Shown here: piece after piece, positions 46,534 to 57,731 of the stretch
Position numbering within the stretch: the stretch's first letter is position 1
Layout: the number at the start of each line of letters is the position of its first letter
Source of the DNA: Candidatus Latescibacterota bacterium
GTDB taxonomy: Bacteria; Krumholzibacteriota; Krumholzibacteriia; WVZY01
Length of the DNA: 64,000 nt
Assembly: GCA_963791045.1 (NCBI GenBank)
Contig: CAWBQK010000011.1
Coordinates: forward strand, 1 to 64,000
Direction of reading: 5' to 3'
Made by a program: the position numbers and the translations under genes
Notes under the pieces: model-generated
What the model was told of the DNA's origin: nothing
Database searches by the model: none
The model's input: the letters and a program-made list of their open reading frames with translations, nothing else

Positions 46534-48557
46534 TCAGCCGGCCCGGAGCGTACGGGGAAGGACGCCGGGAGAGAGGGTGCGCGCGAAAGCTTCGGCACGG
46601 GCGATCTCGAGAAGATCGGCGTCCCGGATCAGGTCCGCCGCGCCGAGTCCGAGAGGCCCGTGCTGCCGCTCGCCGAGAAGATCCCCCGTTCCCCGGAGGC
46701 GAAGGTCCTCTTCGGCGATCCGGAATCCGTCCCGTTCCCCTTCGAGAACGGCGAGCCGTTCCTCGCCTTGGGGGGTGAACGGTCCCCGGGTGACGAGGTA
46801 GCACCACGAAGGGAGGTCGCTCCGGCCGACCCGCCCGCGAATCTGATGGAGCTGGGATAGGCCGAACCGGTCGGCGTTCTCGACGATCATCACCGTCGCC
46901 CGCGGAAGGTCGACACCCACTTCGACCACCGTGGTGGCGACGAGAATGTCGATCTCGCCGCGCCGCAATTGATCGATCGTCTCGATCCGTTCCGGCGGCG
47001 GGAAGGCGCCCGTGAAGAAGCCCCACGGACCGGCCCTTGAAGAAACCCTTCGCCAGCTTGTCCGCCGCCTGCACCGCCGCCTTCAGATCCCCCTTCTCGC
47101 TCTCCTCGACGAGGGGGAAGAGAACGAAACCCTGTTCCCCGGCATCCACCCTCTCCCGGAGCCGCTCGTACGCTTCCTTCGCCCCCTTGTCGGCCACCCG
47201 TTTCGTCTCCACCGGCTTCCGCCCGGGGGGAGCGTCTTGATGATGGAGAGATCGAGATCGCCGTACAGGGTGAGGGCGAGGGAACGGGGGATGGGCGTCG
47301 CCGAGAGCAGAAGGAAGTGGGCCTTGTCCCCTTTCCCGGGAAGGAGGGCCCGCTGCCTCACGCCGAAGCGATGCTGCTCGTCGACGACCGCCAGGGCGAG
47401 ATTGCGGAAGCGGGTCGTCTCCTGCAGGAGGGCGTGTGTGCCGACGACGAGGAGGTCCTCACCCGGAGGCGACCCTCTCCCGCACGCGCCGCGCTTCCGC
47501 CGGGGTGAGGTCGCCGGTCAGGAGCGCCGGCGCCACGCCGAGGGGCCCGAAGGCGTCGGTGAGAACCCGGTGGTGCTGCCGGGCGAGCACCTCCGTCGGC
47601 GCCAGGAGCGCCGCCTGACCGCCATGCCCGGCGGCCCACGCCATGGCGGCGGCGGCGACGACGGTCTTCCCCGATCCGACATCGCCGATCGAGGAGCCGC
47701 TCCATCGGACGGCCCGATTCGAGATCGGTCCGGATTTCGCCCAGGCATTTCTCCTGGTCCGGGGTGAGCCGGTAGGGCAGGCCCTTCATGAAAGGCCCGT
47801 AGAACCGGCCCGGATCGGGGTGACCGTGGGGCGTCCTCGCCTTCGCCCGGATCCGGGTGGCGATCGCGAAGGCGGATTGCAGGCGGTAGAGCTCCTCGAA
47901 GACGAAGCGGCGTCTCCCGAGGGCCGCTTCCTCCGGCGCCTCGGGTCGATGGACGGACCGGAGGGATTCGGCCCACGCCGGCAGGCCGTACTTTTCGCGA
48001 AGGTCCGCGGGGAGCGAATCCCTCCCCGCCGGCAGCCGCTCGAGGGCGTGCCGGATCGCGCGCCGGAGCGTCCGGGGCGGCACCCTCGGAATGACGGGGT
48101 ACCGGGAAACGATCCGCTCGAACTCGGACTCCTCCCCCTCACGAACGACTTCGAACCGGGGATGGAGAAAGGCGGGAGGCTTTCCGCCGAGGGACCCCTT
48201 CAGAAGAATCCGGGCGCCCGGTTTCAGGGATTTGGCGAGGTAGGCCGCGTGGAACCAAAGACAGCGGGCGGTACCGGTTTCATCCGCGACGCGCGCGTCG
48301 ACCACGGACCGGCGCCATCCCCGCCGGAGGAGTTTGATCGATTCGAGACGAACGTCGAGAACCGCCGTCTCCCCTTCGGAAACGTCGGCCACTTTCCGCT
48401 TCTCTCCCGGCAGGATGTACTCCCGCGGGAAGAGCCGCAGAAGATCGCCGACCGTGGCGATCCCCCGTGATGCGAGGTCTTCGGATCGGGCGGGGCCGAT
48501 GCCGGGGAGATCGTGGACCGGGGCGTCCGGATCGATGATGGTGGGGGACGGGCTCAA
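46534..48557 (-). CDS. recG: ATP-dependent DNA helicase RecG (frameshifted)
   Basis: [75 protein letters not shown]. Confidence 0.95.
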
Positions 48558-50110
48558 TCGTCATCCCCCGGTTTCCATGGGAGAAGATAGAGCTCGCCCG
48601 AATCCCGCCGCTCGTCGTTGGGACCGTCGCCGAGCATGGTGCCGGCGATCAGGCGAGCGACGCCGTCGATGGTCCCGTCGGCGAGGAGGGTCGCGATCTT
48701 GTCCCCCCGGGTCGGGCCGAGGAGCATCAGGTCCGCTTCTTCTTCGGCGTAGTCGATGACCGGGCGGAGCGCCGACTGCCGTCCGCCGAGGGTGGCGTAC
48801 ACCATCCCGGCGTCCAGGCGCCGGCCGCCGGGGCCGTCGTGGAGGAGGGAGGAGATGATCAGGTCTTCGTAGCCGTCCTCGTTCCAGTCGAAGAGATGGA
48901 GAATCGATCCGAGCTGGTCTCCGGGCTCGGCCCCGTAGATCGTGAGGTCCGCCCCCATGGCGAGATCGATCGCGTCCCCGGGGCGGGTTCCCGAGCCGCC
49001 GAAGAGAAGGTACACCTCGCCGCAGTTGTCCCGGGAGTTGTCCGGGCCGTCGCCGAGGCCCGCGCCGACGCGAGGTCGTCCCGGCCGTCGCCGTCGAAGT
49101 CGCCGGCCGCGATGGCGACACCCGCGCCGTCATACGGTTCGGCGCCGTAGATCGTGAAGTCCGTCCCCTCCTCGACGACCCGGTCCCCCTCGAATCGAAG
49201 GCCGTCGCCGAAGAGGACGAAGACCTCTCCCCCGTTGGTCCTGCTGTTGGCGGGGCCGTCGGCGAATCCGCATCCGAGAAAGAGATCGGGCGCGCCGTCG
49301 CCGTTCCAATCGCCGACGACCATGGCGTTGCCGAGTGCGTCCGACTCGTCCGACCCGTGAGAGGACCGGAATATCGGCGAGGGAAAGATCCAGCCGGCCT
49401 TCCAGGTCGGCCCGGCGGGAGCCGTAGATCACGTAAACCGCGCCCGCGTCGCGCCGATCCATGTCCCGTCCGGCCGATCCCACGGCGGCGACGAGCATGT
49501 CGTCCTTCCCGTCCCGGTCGAGATCCTCCACGACGATGCGGCGCCCGAGCCGATCCCCTTCGAAACGCCCCACGATGATCGCGTCCGGGCGGCGGTTGAG
49601 ATCGACGACCTTTTTCGTCCCGCCGTCGGAGCCGCCGAGAAGGAGAACGCCTCGCCGGAGCGGGGACGGAGAGAGTCGGCGGGGCCGTCGGAGTAGCGGG
49701 CGCCGATGAGGAGATCGGTGATGCCGTCACCGTCGTAGTCCCCGGTGTCCACCGCGGATCCGATACGGCTCTTCGCCTCGCCGCCGTAGATCACGGAAGC
49801 GCCGAGGGGGGCCGTCTCCCTCCTCTCCAGGATCCCGCCGAAGTAGACGTACACCTCGCCGCAACGGGGTCCTGGTTTTCGGGGGCCGTCGGCGAGCCAC
49901 GCGCCGAGGATCACGTCGTCGTACCCGTCGCCGTCGAGATCCCCGAAGCGGACCTGGACGCCCATTTCATCTTCCTCGTCGGCGCCGAGGAATCGATAGT
50001 CGAATCGCTAGGCGAGATCGATCGAGAACCGTTCCCCCTCGTCCGCCGTCCGCGGAGAAGGGCGAAGAGAAAGAAGAGCCGCCGTCGAGCAGCATCAATC
50101 CGATTTTCAC
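48554..50110 (-). CDS. FG-GAP / integrin-alpha beta-propeller repeat protein (frameshifted)
   Basis: Repeated GDLDGDGYDDVILGA / GDYDGDGITDLLIGA / GDWNGDGAPDL with GEVYV motifs. Confidence 0.88.
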
Positions 50111-50120
50111 GATGGAATCC

Positions 50121-50962
50121 TCAGGGGAAGATCGATCGTCACGGTCCCTTCGAACACCTCTTCGCACCAGCCCCGGAGAAGAAGGCCGTCCTCTTTCTCC
50201 TCGAGCTCCGAGCTCTCCCCCCTTCATGGTGACGACCACCTCCGGGTCCGACCAGGCCTTTCCGGCGGGCGACGGTGAACGCGCCCGACGCACCGGTCCC
50301 GGAAGCCTCGACGGCCCCACGCCCCGTTCCCAGAGCTCGAGCTCGATCCGGCCGGCGTCGACCACGCGGGCGAAGTCGACGTTCGCCCGTTCGGGAAAGA
50401 CGGAGTGCCGCTCGATCTCGGGGCCGATCTCCCGCCAGTTCGATTCGTCCCAACCCTCGAGGACGACCGCCTGGGGATTGCCGATGTTGACGCACGAAAT
50501 CCGAACGGTGCGGTCCGAGAGAGGAATGTCGATATCGATCGCCTCGTCCCCCTCCCACCGGACGGGGACATGGTCGGGATGGAACCGGGGCGCGAGAATC
50601 CGCGACGCCATTCGGAGACGGCGGCCCGATCGCTCCTCCACAGGTGACGGGAAACGCCCGCGACGGTTTCGACCGACGCGGCAGTCGTCCTCCCCTTCGC
50701 CGCGATTCAGGATGTACATGGCGGCGCAGCGGGTGCCGTTTCCCGACATCTCTCCTTCGCTTCCGTCGGGATTGAAGATGCGGAGGAGAACGTCGGCATG
50801 TTCGGAATGATGAAGGACGAGCTAGGTATCGGCGCCGACGCCGCTCTTCCTGTCGCACAGGATCTCGGCCAGGCGGGCGGGATCGGGAACGGGCACGCGG
50901 CGGCCGTCGACCAGGACGAAATCGTTCCGGAGGGCCTGGACTTTGGTAAACGGGATGTTCAT
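50121..50962 (-). CDS. dapF: Diaminopimelate epimerase-family protein with Ser/Ser active site (frameshifted)
   Basis: FTKVQALRNDFV, LCDRKSGVGAD, EMSGNG, VNIGNPQAV, FPERANV, WERGVG..ASGTG. Confidence 0.88.
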
Positions 50963-51053
50963 GGCGTGCCTCGTTCGGTGTCCGGGATTCGTGGTTCGTC
51001 CTTCATCGCGAGCATACCCGTGAACAGGACAAGCGGCAAGGGGAGAGAGAATG

Positions 51054-51570
51054 GAGAGTGCGTGGAGTGCCACGCACTCCCGAAAGAATGGCCGGCGGGG
51101 CGGGGGACCGGCATCGGGAGGGGGCGGTTCTACTCCCCGTTCGTCCTGAGTGACTTCGAGCGAAGCGAGAAGTTGTATCGAAGGATGAACCGGCGGGGAC
51201 CCGCGGGGGCTTTCCCGGAGGACACGGCTCCGAGCCGCTTCGCGTCTCTCGCCTCGGCGAGCTCGCCGACCCGTGCGGAGGTTAGGGACACGGACGCGGG
51301 AAACGGAAAGACGATGCGTCGCGTCCCTAACCCCTCGCCCAGGTACCCCGACTCGTCTCCACGGTCCTGCGGAAAAGCCTCGGCTTCAAGGCCTCGCCCC
51401 GCCGGAAGGAGAGGAAGCGGAAAAAGCGGAGTAGGCGGGCCTCCGGCCCGCCGGTTTTTGATCTTGTCATCCCCGCGCAGGCGGGGATCCAGGAAATCCA
51501 ATTCCCCTCCCCTGTTCATCCTTCGATACACCGCCCGAGGGACCGGGCGGCACTCAGGACGAACGGGGAG
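51054..51570. repeat. Mosaic of several REP-like palindromes framed by an inverted repeat pair
   Basis: GGAGTGCGTGG/CCACGCACTCC; inverted pair at 51133-51190 and 51514-51570; GTTAGGGAC/GTCCCTAAC; GTCATCCCCGCGCAGGCGGGGATCCAG. Confidence 0.8.
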
Positions 51571-51629
51571 AATCTAACCTGTCATAGGGCTTCGGAGCGA
51601 GTGGACTGAACACCCCCGATCCCATCAGC

Positions 51630-51836
51630 TTTGCAATGAGTCGGGGACATACACCTCCCGAGCCTCCGGCTCGGTGATGGAATGGAGTCTCCCGGGTGTG
51701 TGTCCCCGTCCGGGCGCGTACCGCAGGCGAGCACCGATATTCCAGGGTGCAGAAGAGGAGTCGGAGGAAGACAGCCAGTTTGTAATGAGTGGAAACCATT
51801 CCAGGGTGCAGAGGAGGAGTCCAAGGAAACAGCCAC
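51630..51836 (+). repeat. One full and one internally deleted copy of the ~150-bp repeat
   Basis: TTTGCAATGAGT at 51630 and TTTGTAATGAGT at 51779; both units carry TTCCAGGGTGCAG. Confidence 0.88.
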
Positions 51837-51861
51837 TTCGGAGTGAGGATGAGTTTCCTAT

Positions 51862-52830
51862 CTACGGAATCCAGTAGATCTTGAGGCCGATGTGATCGGC
51901 GAAGTCCGCCGGGCCGGGTGCGTGGGCGTACTCGAGCATGCCGCCGATGTGGCCGTACACTTCGTTCCCGATCCCGAATCCGTACGTCACGTCGGCCCGC
52001 TCCGAGTCGGCATCCCACAGGTAGCCGACACGGATGGCGACGACACCGGAGAGCTTCAGCTCGGTGCCGACACCGCCGCCGAGGCGGGTGTCCACGTCGT
52101 CGATCTCCCGGGGAAGCCAATGCAGGTCGCCGGAAAAGACGAAGCCCGTCCCCCGTTCCTTCTCCCATCGCGCCGACAGCCCGGTCCTGACCGTCAGGGG
52201 AAGATCCGTTTCCGTCATGCCCACATCGAAAGAGGGTCCGAAGTTCTGGACCGCGAGGGCGTACCGCCACTGCAGGGGAAGATCGTTGCGGTGCACCCGA
52301 TCCCATACGCGGAGCAGACCCAGGTGGACACCACCCGTGACATCGCCATCCAAGGCGTCCAGGTCCGACCGGTGCTGATAGCCGAAGAGGGTCGCGCCGA
52401 TCGCGTACTTCCCGCCGATCCGGCGACCGTATCCGACGAGAAAAGTCGGTTCGTTGATGTCCGCGGGAACGATCCGCTCGTCGCTCACGGGAAACGCCGC
52501 GTTCTGTTCCTGCCGGAGAAGGAGCGCCGCCCCGAATACTCCACCGAGCCCCCGGAGGCCGTTCGCGGAAAAGACCCGGTCCCGCCAGTCGGTCGGTCAC
52601 ACCGGTGACCTCGTCATGAGGCGCCGCGTAGAAAAGATACCCGTCCTGGAAAGCGAGCCCCGCCGGGTTGATCCACAGATTGCTCTCGTGCGCGGGAAGG
52701 GAGACGACCGCGTTTCCCATGCCGAAGCCCGAAGCGGAGTATGAGGCCAGGGGAAAGAGCCCCGCCTCGAAAGCACGGCCTGTCCGGCGATCGAGATGGA
52801 ACAGTAGGGCGAGGGGTAGGATTTTTTCAT
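51862..52830 (-). CDS. PorV/PorQ-like outer-membrane beta-barrel protein (frameshifted)
   Basis: GFGMGNA...LWINPAGLA; AVQNFGP, LPLTVRTG, AIRVGY, TYGFGI. Confidence 0.7.
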
Positions 52831-52838
52831 GATGCCAC

Positions 52839-52867
52839 ACCATAACCAGAGGAACCGGGCATGTCAA
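52839..52867 (-). promoter_or_regulatory. Sigma70 promoter, probably giving a leaderless transcript
   Basis: TTGACA-17 nt-TATGGT, with the ATG 8 nt downstream. Confidence 0.6.
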
Positions 52868-52950
52868 TCGTGATAGGCCGGCGGAGCGGGGGCACATCGG
52901 CGGCCGGTTTTCATCGCCCGGCGGGAAGGAGAATCGGCCCTCCGCCCAAT

Positions 52951-52981
52951 AAAAAAAGGCGCCCCCCATCGGCGGGCGCCT
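52951..52981 (-). terminator. Rho-independent terminator
   Basis: AGGCGCCC-loop-GGGCGCCT stem followed by a T run on the minus strand, just after the lipoprotein stop. Confidence 0.8.
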
Positions 52982-53005
52982 GGAATCTATCGTTCAAATC
53001 ACGCA

Positions 53006-53905
53006 CTAGGTTCGCAGGAGAACGTACTTCCCGCCGAAGTCGAACACCTCGAGCTGGAACCGCCCGGCCACGCCACTGCTTTCCGCCTCGCGCCGCGGGT
53101 AAAGCTCCGTGATATAGCCGCCGATGCCGAACCGGCGCCCCGACGCTTCGTGCCCTTCGAGGAGAAGCATGACGCCGTCCTCATCCATGGGCAGAAGTTC
53201 GAACTTCTTGCCGCCTACCATGACGTAGTAGACATCGTTCGGTCCCTTGTCCTTGTCATAGGTGTTCACTCCCGGACGAATCCGGCTCGTCCTCCGGCAT
53301 ATCGTCACCTTCCGCGACATCGATCACTTCGTCAGATAACGAGCTCTTCCTCATCCTCGTGCCCCGTCTTTCACGACCTCCGTTCCGGGAATCGACTCGA
53401 CGCCCCCCTTCACCCAGATCTTCTTGTCCACCATTTCCCGGGGAACGATCTCTTCCCAGGTCGTCAGGTCGACCTTCTCGTAAAACGAGATGTCGTACAG
53501 ACGATGGTCGACGACGAGGGGAAGTTCGGATTCGGCGATCACCCACTGAGCGTCGATGATCTCCCCATTCAATTCATAGCCCTGGAGACGGAGATGGGGA
53601 TAAGGGTTGGGCCATTTCTTGACGAGAAGATGGAAGTCCCGCCCTCGAATTCGGCCCAGTAACGGTAGAGCCGGTCCGCCGCGAGGATCTGAACGGTCCG
53701 GCCGTCCTTCAGGAGGGCGAAGCCCCCTTTCACGGCGACCACCTCGGGTGAGGCGATCCGGTAGGTGTCGGTTTTACTCAGGACCGCCCCGCCCATGGCG
53801 TCGGCGAGTGAGGCGTCTTCGTACTTCTCGCCCCCCCCGAACACACCACAGGAAAGCGTGAGGGCGGCCAAGAAAAAGCGCGATGGTAAGCGCGGGCATG
53901 CGCAT
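53006..53905 (-). CDS. Hypothetical lipoprotein (frameshifted)
   Basis: MRMPALTIALF..AALTLSC lipobox; three consecutive ORF pieces with protein-like composition. Confidence 0.7.
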
Positions 53906-53952
53906 GAGAATCCCCCCCGGGGTGCTTGGTTCCACGTTCATTCCGGGTCTAA

Positions 53953-53982
53953 AAGCTACCACCCGATCCACTCCACTGTCAA
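53953..53982 (-). promoter_or_regulatory. Sigma70 promoter
   Basis: TTGACA-18 nt-TAGCTT with a TG extension. Confidence 0.55.
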
Positions 53983-54366
53983 CCGAGTTCAAAGTAGACG
54001 AGCTTCAGGTCAATCCATTTAGAAACAACGGCTTCGAAGATGGAGAAGAAGCCGGGAGTGTGAAGAAGACTCCGTCGTGAGCGTCTGGATGACACAGCGA
54101 GAGGCCGACTTTCACCCTTCGCGCTTCCGCGCTTCGGGTACTCCCGGCGCCGACCCGCCGTCGCTTCGCTCCGACAGGTACCCCGGCGCGGTCGCCGGCC
54201 TCCGAGGGCACCCGTCGGGTACTTGGATCTTATCGTGACCACCCGGAACGATAAGTCCTAGTACCCGGGGGGGGCAAGCGGGGCCATGAGATCCTCCCCG
54301 GGCGCTAACACTTATCGCTCCTAACCGTCACGATACGTGAAGGCGCCCGGACGAGGGCGCCGTTGA

Positions 54367-55295
54367 GGAAGGGGCGCCAGCAATCTGGGGAATCGCCCTG
54401 CTTGGTTAGACTCTCGTATTGCTCGGATGCTCAAGGATCTTCGGAAGCTGGGGCGAACGTTGCTTCCGGTAGAGGTCCTGACGGCGGACGGCAAGACACC
54501 AAGGCCGACGTTTCTGGTGACGCCGGATTGCTGTCTCAATCAGATTCCATTCGATGCGTTCGATACAGCGGTGGAGGGGCCGTCCGCTCCCCCTTCTTTT
54601 GAACTGCGATGTTGCTTACGTGCGCTACGCCGATCCCGCCATCGAAACCCGCCGGTTTCCAATGGAGTAATCGTTGTGAACCCCCGTCCGTCGGACGAGC
54701 TCCAGAAACGGTTTCCCTTCCAGCAGGAGTTGGAACAAGCTGCGGAGGAAGGACGAGCCATGGCTACGCTCGATCCGGCCGCCACGTATCTCGAAGGTGA
54801 GGTGGCGACAAAGGCAAAACTCCAGCAAAAGTGGAGTGAGGCGTCGTACATTTGTCGGCTACCCACACGCTGCGCGATCCCGCGGTGTCTTACCTGGTTC
54901 TGATACCGATGGCGGTCGACTCGGATGACGCCGGGCCCGACGCGGGGTACCTGGACATCCTCGACATACGAACCGCGGATCTCGGTGGGTGTCGAGTGGC
55001 AATCCTTTCCGGGTGTTCGAGCGGCGCTCCGTATATGGCGATTGGGAGGCACGGACCCAGCCTGGGCGATGCGTTTCTCGACGCCGGTGCGGGAGCGGTT
55101 ATCCAGACGTTCTGGAATGTCAAAGACGACGATGCCCGCGCGTTGATGACATCATTTATAAAATTATGGAAAGGGACTTGTATGAACGAGGTCAAGACGC
55201 TTTCCGAAGCACGGCGCCGATCGATGATTTCACCGGAGGGTGTCCGCAATCCATCGAGTTGGGCATCGTATTCAATCAAACTCAGCAGACTCTGA
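54367..55295 (+). CDS. CHAT-domain protein, 5'-truncated fragment
   Basis: LVTPD..LNQIPFDAF, YLEGEVATK, ATHT, AILSGCSSG, SLGDAFLDAGAGAVIQTFWNV, PSSWASY. Confidence 0.8.
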
Positions 55296-55413
55296 TTCTT
55301 GACGGTTATCATCCCCACAGGCTAGAGTTACCCAAAGCGACAATTCAGCGAACCGGACGGACGCCGACACACGCCAGTTCGGAGCACACGACCGCATCTT
55401 GAATGGAGGAGTC

Positions 55414-56850
55414 ATGACGCAACCGGCACTGCGATTTCGTGGTGGAAAGGCCGTAGCAGCCCTGCCTCTCGTTTTCTTTATCGGTTGGGCGATCGCAATT
55501 AGCGTGGCCGGGCGCGCCTGACGAAAACGGTCTCATTCTAGGAGCGGCGATCGGGCTCGTCCTCGGGATGTTTTTGTGCAAGAACCGGTGGTGGGATTAC
55601 GCGGAAGAGGTTTTACGGGGATGGCAAACCGGATCGCCACGGTTGCCATTGTTGCGTGGTTCTGGGCGGGTATGTTTGCCCAGGTGCTGCGCGAGGGCGG
55701 CCTGGTCGACGGGCTCGTGTGGCTCGGCGGCGCTTCCCACGCGACCGGCGGCATTTTTGTCGGAGCGACGTTTATCCTCGCCGCAGTTTTCGCGTCAGCT
55801 GTGGGAACGGGGTACGGGACGACGGTTGCTTTTTGTACGTTGATGTTCCCCGCGGGGCTTATCATGGGCGCCGAACCGGTGTGGATGTTCGCGGCGATTC
55901 TTTCGGGCGCCGCGTTCGGCGACAACCTCGCGCCGGTGTCGGACACAACGGTCGTATCGGCGGCGACACAGGAAACCGACATCCCGGGTGTTGTCAGATC
56001 GCGTTTCAAATATGCGCTGACCGCGGCGGTTCCGGCTCTTCTCCTCTTCACGCTTTTTGGTGGTGGGGGAGAAATCAGTGGGGACACCGTACAAGCGCAA
56101 CAGCTCTTCACCGCGACGGCCTCGCCAAAGGGGCTAATCCTTCTTATCCCGTTCGCGCTTGTTATCGGCCTCGCGCTCCGCGGCTTTCACATCCTCGTCA
56201 CACTCACCTGGGGAATCATTACCGCGGTCGGTCTTGGTCTCGCGTTTAGTCTCCTCACCCCGTCCCAGGTTATTTCAATCGATCCGGAAGCCCAACGGAT
56301 GGGTGGCGCGCTTGTCACGGGGATCGCTGGGTACCTCTCGATGGCGATTCTCATCCTCATGATAGTTGCCGGCGGACATATTATGAAAATCGGTGGTGCG
56401 CTCGACGCGATTATTAACAAGCTCGCCGGGTTTGCCGGCCGGTCGGTCGCTCGCGCCGAAGCGGCGATCTGGAGTATTGTTTTCTCGCTAAACGTATTCA
56501 TCACCATCAACACGGCGGCCGAAATCACGGCGGCCCCCGTCGTTTCAAACCTGGGAAAGCGGTTCAAGCTCCACCCGTACCGCCGCGCCAATATGCTCGA
56601 CGCGGTAACCTCCGCCGTCGGGTACATTTTTCCCTGGGGTGGTGGCGTGCTCATTGGGTATCAGACGATCCGTAACCTCTCGGAAACCTACGATTTCGTC
56701 ACGGTTGTGGCACCGACTGAGGTGTGGCCGTTTGTATTTCATGGCTGGTTCCTCGCCATCGTGATGCTGGTGGCGGCGATCACGGGGTTTGGCAGGACGT
56801 ACGAGGCCAAGGACGGATCCCAGACGAAAACCCCGCCGTCTGACGATTGA
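55414..56850 (+). CDS. NhaC-family Na+/H+ antiporter-like transporter (5' frameshifts)
   Basis: AILSGAAFGDNLAPVSDTT motif, multiple TMs; RBS GGAGGAG before the ATG at 55414. Confidence 0.88.
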
Positions 56851-57024
56851 TGTTCTGTGGGCGCGTCAGCGTAACCTGTTGATAAATAAATATTTGTGCG
56901 GCCATCTTGGTCGTGCTCCGAACTCCTTGACAGGTGGTATAACAATTGTTGAGCGGGGCGTACGGCTCGTTCTTTCGTTGTGACCGGCTAGACAAAGGAT
57001 TTTGGATAAAACCAGGAGCTGAAA

Positions 57025-57498
57025 ATGACAAAGAAAGCATTTCAAGATTATTACCCCGATCACCTGGCGCACTGCTATGGGTGCGGAAAGATGAACGAGC
57101 ACGGCCACCAGATCAAAAGTTACTGGGACGGCGACGAGAGCGTGTGTCACTTCACGCCGGAGCCCTGCCACATATCCATCCCTGGCTATGTGTATGGAGG
57201 GCTAATCGCGTCGCTCATTGATTGCCACGGGACGGGGACCGCCGCGGCCGCGGCATATCGCGCGGAGAACCGCGAAATGGACACAGATCCGCCCCGTCGG
57301 TTTGTAACAGGGTCGCTCAAGGTCAGCTATCTGAAGCCGACCCCGCTCGGCGTCGAACTGGAACTCCGCGGCAAGGTCAAGGAGATCAAGGGCCGCAAAA
57401 TCGTGATCGAGGAGACTCTTTCGGTGAACGGGGACGTGTGCGCGACCGGCGAAGTCGTCTGCCTCCAGGTCCCCGACGAGTGGTTTACTGGTAAGTAA
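57025..57498 (+). CDS. PaaI/hotdog-fold thioesterase
   Basis: HCYGCG..NEHG, YGGLIASLIDCH, VSYLKPTP. Confidence 0.88.
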   Translation: MTKKAFQDYYPDHLAHCYGCGKMNEHGHQIKSYWDGDESVCHFTPEPCHISIPGYVYGGLIASLIDCHGTGTAAAAAYRAENREMDTDPPRRFVTGSLKVSYLKPTPLGVELELRGKVKEIKGRKIVIEETLSVNGDVCATGEVVCLQVPDEWFTGK

Positions 57499-57731
57499 TC
57501 ACAGGCCGCGCTGTCCGTCCGCCGGCGTATGGGAGACTCTCGATGGGGGTGTCCTTGGGGCCTTTTTGCCGTCCAACGTGCGGATTGAGTTCAGGGCGGC
57601 ACTTCGCCTGGCCCGGGCGGGCGTGCGACGGCGTAACTTGTTGTAAAATATATTTGTACAGCGGAAAAAAATCGGAGAAAACAGTAAAAAAAGGTTTCAC
57701 AAGCCCCCTTTAGGGGGTATCTTTAGTAGAC

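Noticed and set aside
54060-54340. tRNA or integration site at the junction
   Set aside because: No cloverleaf, T-loop GTTCGA or CCA end could be built, and no integrase is present
57685-57702. Rex operator upstream of dciA-gyrB
   Set aside because: Only the TTCACAA half-site is present; the TTGTGAA half is missing at the required spacing
57630-57720. Replication origin near gyrB
   Set aside because: AT-rich but short, with no cluster of TTATCCACA boxes and no dnaA
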